DNA of 41,373 nt from Verrucomicrobiota bacterium (GTDB lineage Bacteria; Verrucomicrobiota; Verrucomicrobiia; Chthoniobacterales; JACTMZ01): positions 1-41,373 of the forward strand of contig JBEDBL010000001.1 of NCBI GenBank assembly GCA_041177245.1, in the 5' to 3' direction. Every line of letters starts with the position of its first letter. Positions within the stretch are counted from its first letter, which is position 1. A model generated the notes under the pieces. That model made no database searches and was not told where the DNA came from. It saw nothing but the letters and a program-made list of their open reading frames with translations. This document shows, piece by piece, positions 1 to 7,107 of this stretch. The position numbers and the translations under genes are program-made.

Positions 1-205
1 GAAGTTTCCTGACTCTGCGCGCCAAGAACGCCCGCGTCGGTGTCCCGATTGCCGCGACGAGAACGCCGGCCAAGGAATAGCCTCCCCATGCAACCAGAGC
101 GGCCAGGCGCCAGTCCAAACCAAGGGCAATCCCCGCCGCCGGTGCGGAAATGAAATACAACGCACCGAGTCCGGTTGTCCCGAGGAGAGCGGAGATCGAC
201 AGCAT
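1..205 (-). CDS. Small integral membrane protein, N-terminal part only (runs off the window start); weak resemblance to small multidrug-export-like proteins
   Basis: Not in the ORF track because it is truncated. Manual reverse-strand translation from the ATG at 205-203 gives MLSISALLGTTGLGALYFISAPAAGIALGLDWRLAALVAWGGYSLAGVLVAAIGTPTRAFLARRVRKL. It has two hydrophobic helices and stays open to the window edge. Confidence 0.4.
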   Translation of the reverse strand, partial: MLSISALLGTTGLGALYFISAPAAGIALGLDWRLAALVAWGGYSLAGVLVAAIGTPTRAFLARRVRKL

Positions 206-329
206 TGCGAGACTTTAGCGAGTTCTTTAGTAGGAAGCGAGGTTTCGAATAATCCGCTTTGCGCAGCAAAAAAGTGCAACTCTGCCAAGGCCACTGCAGA
301 AGATCCTCCGGTTAGCGACAGGTGTCGTG

Positions 330-1244
330 CTATTCCGGAAGGGGCGTCGGGTTGGCCGGTGTCACCGTGACATCGGCGCCGGGCATGGCATCGGCGACCG
401 AGCGGCGGATGCGATCGATCCGCTCGTTGACATCCTTCATGGACATCTGTGGATCGAACCCGAGGAACAACTCCACATAGAGCCGCGAACCCGACCGGCG
501 GGTCCGGATCTTGTGCAGAAGATCGTAGTCATCGAAGCATTCGGCGAGGCAGCGCAGGATCCGTATTTGCATCGTTTCCCCGAGAGCGACATCAAGCAGA
601 TCGCCGACCGATTCGGTGGCGATCGCCCAGGCGCTGTGGAGCATGAAGGCCACCCCGACGAATGAGGCCAGCGGGTCGAGGTGCTGGCTCCACACCTGAT
701 CGCGGAAGACGATTTCGACGATGAGGGTGAGCGCCATGAGCGCATCGAAACTCGCCTTGGCGAACCAAAGCCTGGCTTGCGAGGCAATGATCGGAGAATG
801 CTGCGACTTGAGCAGATGGCGGTTGCGCAACGAGATGGCGAAACCAATCACGGCGTAGACCGAGAAGATAACTATCCCCGGCACGGTTCCGTGCGGCTCC
901 ACCGGATGCTTCAGATGATAAAAAGCCTGCACCGCGATAACCACCGCCGCGCCGGTCATCAGCACCACGATGCTCATGCTTACCAGGTTTTCCAGTTTTC
1001 CGATGCCGTAGGTGAAACGATGGCTCGGTGCACGGCGCACGGCGCGCAGTGTGATGAAGGCGGCCAGAACCGCGGTGGTGTCACCCAACTCTTTGAGAAA
1101 ATCGCTGAGAATGGTCAGCGAGTTGGAGTGGAAAGCAGCGCCGCCCATCAGCAAGACATCGACCAGGCAAAAAGCCAGAGCGATGGCCAGGCTGCGCTCG
1201 CGCTCACACGGCTTGCCCGCCCCTGTTCCGCCGCTCGCCTTCAA
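330..1244 (-). CDS. Cation diffusion facilitator (CDF) family divalent-metal efflux transporter
   Basis: 304-aa ORF with multiple TM helices. CDF-type TM2 region FHSNSLTILSDFLKELGD and the motif FTYGIGKLENL are present. The start codon is TTG (reverse complement of 1242-1244) and overlaps the upstream STAS stop as TTGA. Confidence 0.85.
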   Translation of the reverse strand: MKASGGTGAGKPCERERSLAIALAFCLVDVLLMGGAAFHSNSLTILSDFLKELGDTTAVLAAFITLRAVRRAPSHRFTYGIGKLENLVSMSIVVLMTGAAVVIAVQAFYHLKHPVEPHGTVPGIVIFSVYAVIGFAISLRNRHLLKSQHSPIIASQARLWFAKASFDALMALTLIVEIVFRDQVWSQHLDPLASFVGVAFMLHSAWAIATESVGDLLDVALGETMQIRILRCLAECFDDYDLLHKIRTRRSGSRLYVELFLGFDPQMSMKDVNERIDRIRRSVADAMPGADVTVTPANPTPLPE

Positions 1245-1567
1245 GAGAGAGCCGACTCGAGAGTTTCGTGGACATCGAGAACGCCGATGAATCCTGACAT
1301 TTCGAATAACTCCTGCAGCGGCTTGGTCAACTCGGCGAAGCGGCAGCGGACTCCTCGTGTTTTCGCGCGCTTGGCCGTGGCAAGAAAGACACGCAAGGTC
1401 GCGCTGCTCGCGTAGGAAACTTCAACGCAGTGAAAAACGATGGAACTGGACGCGTCAGCCAGCAAGTTGTTGATGGCTTCCTCGAGCTGGTGCGAGGCAG
1501 GCGCATCCAGCCGCCCCTCGGGGGAAACGACCACAAAATCCCCTTCTTGCCGGTGGGTTATTTGCAT
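1241..1567 (-). CDS. Stand-alone STAS-domain protein (SpoIIAA/RsbV-like anti-sigma-factor antagonist)
   Basis: 108 aa with an ATG at 1567. It shows the STAS pattern VVVSPEGRLDAPASHQLEEAI ... HCVEVSYASSATLRVFL ... ELFEMSGF, with a Ser at the position of the usual phospho-acceptor. Confidence 0.8.
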   Translation of the reverse strand: MQITHRQEGDFVVVSPEGRLDAPASHQLEEAINNLLADASSSIVFHCVEVSYASSATLRVFLATAKRAKTRGVRCRFAELTKPLQELFEMSGFIGVLDVHETLESALS

Positions 1568-1581
1568 AGCGAGATAGGTTG

Positions 1582-1615
1582 TCTGTGGAATCCTCGTTGA
1601 TCAACAGTTCTGTGG
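1582..1615. promoter_or_regulatory. Candidate operator: perfect 10-bp palindrome GTTGATCAAC flanked by direct TCTGTGG repeats
   Basis: GTTGATCAAC lies at 1596-1605. TCTGTGG occurs at 1582-1588 and 1609-1615. The site sits in the 70-nt gap between the ABC ATPase stop (1638) and the STAS start (1567). Confidence 0.2.
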
Positions 1616-1637
1616 TTCCGGACCGGGGTCGGGAAGA

Positions 1638-2450
1638 TCAGACGTAGGTTTTGCGCAACATCTCCGCGACCGGACCATCCAGTTGTTCGCGGCGTCTCAC
1701 GTCCTCGAACCGCTGCAGGAGATCCTCCGGCCGGGCGCGCGCCTTTTCGGGTCCTTGGAGATCGTGGAGGATACTGCCCCGGTTCATCATGATGAGACGG
1801 TCGCCTAGGTGGACGGCTTGTTGCATGGAATGCGTGACCATCAGCGTGGTGAGTTTGTCGCGCTTGATGATCTCGTGGGTCAGGCGGATCACCTGATCGG
1901 CGCTCTTCGGGTCGAGGGCCGCGGTGTGCTCGTCGAGCAACAAGAGATCGGGCTTGAGCCACGACGCCATCAACAAAGTGAGTGCCTGCCGCTGTCCGCC
2001 GGAAAGTGTGCCGATGTCGTTGTCCAGACGGTCCTCTAGACCCATATTCAAGCTCCTAACGCGTTCGCGCAGTTCCGAGCGCAAGACGCGCGGTATGGCC
2101 CAGGCCAATCCTCGACGCAATCCGCGGCGCGCGGCCATGGCGAGATTCTCGGCGATGGTCATGTTTGGTGCGGTGCCGCTGTAGGGATTCTGAAAAACCC
2201 TCCCTATGAGTTTCGCCCGCCGGTGTTCCGGCCATTTGGTGATGTCATGACCGGACAAACTCACGGTTCCGCGGTCGAGGGGAAACGTTCCGGCCACGGC
2301 ATTGAGCAGGGTGGATTTTCCCGAACCGTTCGTGCCGATGATGATGAGGAACGACCCCTCCAAAAGGTTGAAAGAGACATCACACAAGGCGGACACCTCA
2401 TTGGGTGTTCCCGCGTGGAATGTTTTTCCGATACCTGAGACTTCAAGCAT
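1638..2450 (-). CDS. ABC transporter ATP-binding protein (COG1101-like)
   Basis: Walker A GTNGSGKST, ABC signature LSGGQRQ, Walker B LLLLDEHTAALD and H-loop MVTHS are all present. I moved the start to MLEVSGIGKTF (ATG at 2450-2448), 1 nt after the permease stop. The upstream 45 codons of the track ORF overlap the permease gene. Confidence 0.9.
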   Translation of the reverse strand: MLEVSGIGKTFHAGTPNEVSALCDVSFNLLEGSFLIIIGTNGSGKSTLLNAVAGTFPLDRGTVSLSGHDITKWPEHRRAKLIGRVFQNPYSGTAPNMTIAENLAMAARRGLRRGLAWAIPRVLRSELRERVRSLNMGLEDRLDNDIGTLSGGQRQALTLLMASWLKPDLLLLDEHTAALDPKSADQVIRLTHEIIKRDKLTTLMVTHSMQQAVHLGDRLIMMNRGSILHDLQGPEKARARPEDLLQRFEDVRRREQLDGPVAEMLRKTYV

Positions 2451-2451
2451 G

Positions 2452-3381
2452 TCAGCGCGCCCTCCCTGCTCGCGAACGCAGACCAGCCAGCGCGCCAGGA
2501 ACGACAAGCGCCAGGAAGACAAAGACCGCGGTGATGAGTTTGAGATCGTTCGGGTCGAGTCCCCAGCGCAGAGCGATGGCGACAATCAGACGGAAAAGCA
2601 GCGAACCCATGATTGCACCGGTGATGACGATGCCAGTGCTTTTGCTCCCGACCAGAGCCTCGCCGATGATCACGCTGGCCAATCCCCACACGACCATGCC
2701 GATGCCCATCTGCACATCGGCGAAACCCTGATATTGCGCCAGAAGGGAACCGGAGAGCGCGATCAGTCCGTTGGAAACGGCCAAGCCGAAGATCAGGATG
2801 AAGTCCACGCTGCCGCCCAGCGCGCGGATCATCTGCGGGTTGTCGCCAGCGGCACGCATGGCCGTCCCGAATTCCGTGCGGAAAAAGAGGTAAAGGATCA
2901 TCCCCGCGCCGGCCACCATGGCGGCCGCCAGGCAGAGCACCGATGCGTCGCGTTGATCCACATCCCATCCGAAGACATGCACGTCACCCGGACCGAAAAT
3001 CATTCCGAACAAGGATTCGGATTGCGTGACAAGCGTGGTCTCGTTGAGCAACGGCAGATTGCTTTTGCCCATAACGTGCAGGTTGATGGAATAAAGCGCG
3101 GTCATGACGAGAATGCCGCTGAGCAGACCGTTGATGCGGAATTTGGCGTTGAGCAAGCCCGTCACCGTTCCGGCGAGCACGCCGGCGAAAAACCCCGCCA
3201 ATGTGGCGAGGGCCGGAGGCCAGTGCATGACGAGCAGCGAGGCGGTCACCGCAGCGCCGAGAGTGATGGATCCGTCGGCCGTGATGTCGGGAAAATTAAA
3301 AATGCGAAAGCTCAGGTAAACCCCGAGGGCGAGCAGCGCGAGGATCAACCCGACCGTGGAGGCTCCGAGCAGCAGCGTCAT
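2452..3381 (-). CDS. ABC transporter permease (COG4120-like)
   Basis: Polytopic membrane protein beginning MTLLLGASTVGLILALLALGVYLSFRIFNFPDITADGSITLGAA. The ATG at 3381 overlaps the upstream stop (ATGA at 3378-3381). Confidence 0.85.
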   Translation of the reverse strand: MTLLLGASTVGLILALLALGVYLSFRIFNFPDITADGSITLGAAVTASLLVMHWPPALATLAGFFAGVLAGTVTGLLNAKFRINGLLSGILVMTALYSINLHVMGKSNLPLLNETTLVTQSESLFGMIFGPGDVHVFGWDVDQRDASVLCLAAAMVAGAGMILYLFFRTEFGTAMRAAGDNPQMIRALGGSVDFILIFGLAVSNGLIALSGSLLAQYQGFADVQMGIGMVVWGLASVIIGEALVGSKSTGIVITGAIMGSLLFRLIVAIALRWGLDPNDLKLITAVFVFLALVVPGALAGLRSRAGRAR

Positions 3382-4604
3382 AACAGTTCCTCCCCGCCGG
3401 AAAATTCCACCGGCGCCATCCATACCGCACCACGCATCAACTCCGTCTCGCCGACGCCCTCGATCTCGCGATCGTCACGAAGCAGATGCAGGACCGTCTT
3501 TGCCATGCCGCTCGAGGCTAGTCCCTCCGCAGTGGAAACCAGATCGAGTTTTCCGGAAGGCAGTGGACGGTAAGGAAAGACGGCCGCGTGGAAGTGTCCG
3601 GTCAGATCGCCGCGCGGATCAAGCGGCCGCAAAAACGGGGATAGATCCGCATCGGGTTGCCGCGCGGCGAATCCGGCAATGATGACCACAGTGCGTTGTT
3701 CGTCGCGTTCTCCGGTGAAATTAAGCCAATCCCGCACCCCGGGGAAAGAGAACGGAGAAATGCCGGACGCCTCAGCGGGAGAGCGGAGCAAGGTGGCGCC
3801 GATCACACCCGTGCTTTCCGCAACAGCAACAAAGGCTCCGGACACGTAGCCCCCGCGTTCCATCGCGGCCGTGACCAACGCGGAAAAGCCGATCGTTCCG
3901 CGCACACTCTGCGATGCTTCAAAGCGCAGTTGTCGCGAAAACGCACCGCGCGCCGCCAGACCGTAGAGCAGCGAAGCTTCGGGAACCATGCGCGCCTCGG
4001 CCAATTGGAAATCGGGAACACTGCTGCCATCGGTCGGCATGGCGAGAGATGCACCTCCTGCGCAAAGCAACTCCCCGAAACGCGAGCCCGTGCTCCCGGC
4101 GGGACCGAAGGCCCCGAGTCCGATGACCACATCATCCGGACCCAGCCGCGCTTTCGTCCCTTCGCCGTCGCATGCCCCTGCGGCAAATTTTTCAGGATCG
4201 CCATGCATGCGTCCGCGCAACACGGAAACGGCCGAAAGAAGATGTTCCTCGAAAACGGTGCCTTGGGATTCCCAAGTTTCGGCCGCAGGCTCCGGCGCGG
4301 GAACTTGTTCGAGGAGCAAGCCGGCCAAGCCGGAAAGTTCGAGAACGGACATGACGTCGGCGTCCGCCCCGACGATGCGAAGATTGCCGCGGGCGGTGCC
4401 CAGCGTGCGGTGGTATTTGAAGAGAATCCGCACGCCGGCGGAGCTGATGTAGTTCACCCCGGAGAGATCGAGTTCGATCTGCCGGTGGCCGCCCCGCAGC
4501 GCTTCCTCGATCGCCGAACCGACATGAGGCGCCCAATTCCCGTCGAAACGCCCGGCCAACTTGAGGCCGAGAAAATTTTCACCGCGGTTCGAAGTGATCT
4601 CCAT
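3378..4604 (-). CDS. STAS-domain fusion protein (N-terminal STAS plus about 300 aa of unrecognised C-terminal region) embedded in the ABC operon
   Basis: The start was set at MEITSNRGENF (ATG at 4604-4602), 2 nt after the binding-protein stop. STAS motifs present: LKLAGRFDGNWAPHVGSAIEEAL ... ELDLSGVNYISSAGVRILF ... VMSVLELSGL. I do not recognise the remainder (ETWESQGTVF...EFSGGEELL). Confidence 0.7.
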   Translation of the reverse strand: MEITSNRGENFLGLKLAGRFDGNWAPHVGSAIEEALRGGHRQIELDLSGVNYISSAGVRILFKYHRTLGTARGNLRIVGADADVMSVLELSGLAGLLLEQVPAPEPAAETWESQGTVFEEHLLSAVSVLRGRMHGDPEKFAAGACDGEGTKARLGPDDVVIGLGAFGPAGSTGSRFGELLCAGGASLAMPTDGSSVPDFQLAEARMVPEASLLYGLAARGAFSRQLRFEASQSVRGTIGFSALVTAAMERGGYVSGAFVAVAESTGVIGATLLRSPAEASGISPFSFPGVRDWLNFTGERDEQRTVVIIAGFAARQPDADLSPFLRPLDPRGDLTGHFHAAVFPYRPLPSGKLDLVSTAEGLASSGMAKTVLHLLRDDREIEGVGETELMRGAVWMAPVEFSGGEELL

Positions 4605-4606
4605 GG

Positions 4607-6643
4607 CTACGGTTTCTCCTGTTTCGCTGCCCGCGCGACCAGTTCCGGCGGAAATGTAATGCCGAGTTTGCGCGCGGCATCGTCGTTCAACCAAATAACA
4701 TTCTCGGCCACATTGAGCATGGGGATAGAGCCCGGGCTTTCGCCGCACAAAATCCGAGCAGCCATCCCGCCGGCCACCACGCCGGGTTGGCGGAAACCGA
4801 GACCGACGCAAGCCAGCGCGCCGCGCCGCGCCGCCAGCGGATCGTCGGTGAAAAGCGGGAGTTCCGCGTCGCGCGAAACCTGGATCACCGCGTCGAAACC
4901 CTGCATGACCGTGTTGTCGGTCTGTGTGTAGATGGCATCCACGCCCCGCGCGACAAGCGCCTGCGCGGCCGTGCCCACTTCCGACGAGCTCGCCACGGTC
5001 ACTTCCTCGAGCGTGAATCCCGCGGCGCGGAAAATATCGCGGGCCACGCCGATTACCTTGACCGAATTCGCCACGGAGGCATTGTAAATTGTCCCGATTT
5101 TTTTGGCGCGCGGAAGGATTTTCCGGATGGCATCGACCATGTCCTGCACCGGAGGAAAAGATCCGGTTCCGGTGATGCCGGGCAAATGGTTGTCCAACGA
5201 CTTGCCCGCGCCCGCCGCCACCGGATCAGTCACGGCACTGAAAACAACAGGCTTGTTTCTGACCAGGGTGCACGCACCGCCGAGCACGGGCGTGGTCATG
5301 ACGAAAATTAGATCACGGTCGGAAGATTCGAGATTTTTGAGCATGGAGGGCACATTGGCGATCTCGCCCTGCGCGTGGGTGCGCGTCACGTCGAGATTTT
5401 TTCCCTCCTCGAAACCGGCGGCACGCAACCCGTCGATAAAGCCGGCCAGACAATTTTCCTGGTTTTCCTCCGAAGAGAAGTAGGCGGCGCCGATTTTGTA
5501 GGCCGTTCCCGGGCGCGGTTTGGGCACAGCGGCGCCGAAGCCCGGGAGATTTGTCTCGGTGGCCGTGATGTATCCGGCGGCTTTGCTGCGGACAGCATCG
5601 GGTATGGTCCAGCGGTCGCGCAATCCCTCCAGAGCAGTTTCATTGTAAAGGAACGCTTCGGGCACATAGTTCTCCACGGGGATTGTCGCCGGATTTTTGC
5701 CGTCGAGGACATCGGCAGCCAGTTCGCCGACGGCGCGGCCGACCTCCAAGTAATTCGCGCCCAGATCGAACAGCCCGCCCGATTTGATGTTGAGCGGCAG
5801 CGAACTGAACACGGGAATTCCCGCTTTCGTTGCCGCCGCGATGATCGGCTCGGATGCCGTCGAAACGGTGATGTCGCCGCTGATCCAGAGGGCTTCCGCA
5901 CCGCGCGCCAGCACCGAACCTGCCGCCTCGATGGCGCCGGTGGAACTGTCCGCATTGGCTTCGATCAACTCGATGCCGAGATCGGAGCAGACCTTGCGCG
6001 CGATGGTTGTCTGGGCCACCGAGTTCGCCTCGGCCGCGTTCCAGACGAGTCCCACACGCCGGAGCTCGGGTCGCATCACGCGGGCCATGCGGAAGATCGA
6101 TTCGATCGGTTGCAAGCAACCGTAGCCCGTCATGTAGGGCGGATGGTCGAGATGGTTCTCGCGGCTGATGCCGACCCCGGCACCGTAGGGATCGGTCACC
6201 AGGCCGAACACGTGCCTCGTTCTGGCTCCCGTTTTGTTGGCGCCCGCCACGGTCTGCAGCGAGATGGTGCTCATGCTCAGGATGAAATCGTAGCTGCCGC
6301 TGGTCACCTCTCGCGCGATGGTGTTCGCGGTGCCGATGTCGTTCTCGGCGCAAAAGCGGCTCAACTTTATGCGGTCACCATCCGCGTAACCGCGCGCGGC
6401 CAAGGCTTCGACCGCACCGGCGGCGCCGTCCTCGAGCACACGCGTGGCCGCGTGCTCGACCAAAGCCACCCTGATCGGACCCCCGGAAACCTTGGTAGAC
6501 TCGCGCGATCCGCGGTCGGTGTAGAGAAGGATCGCGGACGCCAGGAGGATCAAAATGAATCCGAGGGCTAGTCGCTTGAAAGTCTCGAGCATGGCGGCGG
6601 GTGCAGCCATCCATTTAGGGGGGCAAAAATGTTTTGTCGCCAT
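4607..6643 (-). CDS. ABC transporter substrate-binding protein with two tandem COG2984/ABC_sub_bind-like domains
   Basis: 678 aa with an N-terminal hydrophobic anchor (LALGFILILLASAILLY). The two halves align: HVFGLVTDPYGAGVGISRENHL..TGYG..RRVGLVWNAAEANSV versus VVFSAVTDPVAAGAGKSLDNHL..TGTG..KKIGTIYNASVANSV. Alternative ATG starts exist at 6610 and 6592. Confidence 0.8.
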   Translation of the reverse strand: MATKHFCPPKWMAAPAAMLETFKRLALGFILILLASAILLYTDRGSRESTKVSGGPIRVALVEHAATRVLEDGAAGAVEALAARGYADGDRIKLSRFCAENDIGTANTIAREVTSGSYDFILSMSTISLQTVAGANKTGARTRHVFGLVTDPYGAGVGISRENHLDHPPYMTGYGCLQPIESIFRMARVMRPELRRVGLVWNAAEANSVAQTTIARKVCSDLGIELIEANADSSTGAIEAAGSVLARGAEALWISGDITVSTASEPIIAAATKAGIPVFSSLPLNIKSGGLFDLGANYLEVGRAVGELAADVLDGKNPATIPVENYVPEAFLYNETALEGLRDRWTIPDAVRSKAAGYITATETNLPGFGAAVPKPRPGTAYKIGAAYFSSEENQENCLAGFIDGLRAAGFEEGKNLDVTRTHAQGEIANVPSMLKNLESSDRDLIFVMTTPVLGGACTLVRNKPVVFSAVTDPVAAGAGKSLDNHLPGITGTGSFPPVQDMVDAIRKILPRAKKIGTIYNASVANSVKVIGVARDIFRAAGFTLEEVTVASSSEVGTAAQALVARGVDAIYTQTDNTVMQGFDAVIQVSRDAELPLFTDDPLAARRGALACVGLGFRQPGVVAGGMAARILCGESPGSIPMLNVAENVIWLNDDAARKLGITFPPELVARAAKQEKP

Positions 6644-6723
6644 AATTCAAGGCGGGCTGCGCCCCGGAGCCTATACGGTCTTGGCAGCGATATCCTGAGA
6701 CGTAGAATCCGCGGTATTGTTCC

Positions 6724-7107
6724 ATGGGAAATCTTCTCATTGTCGGCGCAGGCGGATTCCTCGGGGCATGCACCCGTTATCTGCTCGGCGGATGGCTTCT
6801 GCACCATGCAGTGACGTCGAAATTTCCGTGGAGCACGTTCGTCGTGAATGTGCTCGGATGTCTGGTCATCGGCTTTCTTTCGGGCGCGGCGGAAAGGTTC
6901 GATGCCTTCGGTCCGCAAGCACGCCTTTTTCTTTTCACCGGATTGCTCGGCGGATTCACCACGTTCTCGGCCTTCGGCTTGGAGACATTCATCCTCCTGC
7001 GGCGGGGCGAATGGTTGATCGCCGGGTTCTACGCCGCGGCCAGCGTGATGGTTTGCCTTTTTGCCGTGTGGGCGGGGTTCCGTGCCATGCACTTGGTCGG
7101 GCGATGA
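6724..7107 (+). CDS. crcB: Fluoride ion channel CrcB/FluC
   Basis: 127 aa with four TM segments. Typical CrcB motifs are present: GGFLGACTRY, TFVVNVLGCLVIGF and GLLGGFTTFSAF. Confidence 0.9.
   Translation: MGNLLIVGAGGFLGACTRYLLGGWLLHHAVTSKFPWSTFVVNVLGCLVIGFLSGAAERFDAFGPQARLFLFTGLLGGFTTFSAFGLETFILLRRGEWLIAGFYAAASVMVCLFAVWAGFRAMHLVGR

Noticed and set aside
239-257. tRNA-like T-loop sequence GGTTTCGAATAATCC in the 206-329 gap
   Set aside because: The flanks do not form a T-stem (GCGAG versus TCCGC). There is no acceptor or anticodon arm in the surrounding 120 nt, and the loop carries extra nucleotides. It is not a tRNA.
1620-1640. Hairpin TTCCGGACCGGGGTCGGGAA near the ATPase stop as a terminator
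   Set aside because: The stem is imperfect with a 2-nt loop, and no T-tract follows on the minus strand. It overlaps the ATPase stop at 1638 rather than lying cleanly downstream of it. It is not convincing as an intrinsic terminator.
2302-3573. 423-aa plus-strand ORF
   Set aside because: It is antisense to the ABC ATPase and permease genes, which have clear motifs. The composition is low-complexity and R/G/A/E-rich with no recognisable domain. This is a typical high-GC shadow ORF.
3657-4931. 424-aa plus-strand ORF
   Set aside because: It is antisense to the STAS-fusion and binding-protein genes. The shadow-type composition is Arg/Ala/Gly-rich and it spans a gene junction of the real minus-strand operon.
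5375-6571. 398-aa plus-strand ORF, together with the nested minus-frame ORFs 5386-5955 and 5640-6353
   Set aside because: All lie inside the tandem binding-protein gene, whose internal duplication and family motifs identify the true frame. The alternatives are Arg/Gly-rich shadows.
6593-6723. Fluoride (crcB motif) riboswitch upstream of crcB
   Set aside because: I tried to thread the region (GGGCAAAAAUGUUUUGUCGCCAUAAUUCAAGGCGGGCUGCGCCCCGGAGCCUAUAC...) onto the known fold, which has a P1 loop pairing with a 3' ...GAUG..CCUAC pseudoknot and a P3 hairpin. Superficial similarities exist (UCGCC-AUAA, GCCUAUAC). However, the P1 loop has no complement to the 3' segment and the conserved GAUGG and CUGAUGAUG blocks are absent. 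An RF01734 covariance-model scan would be decisive.
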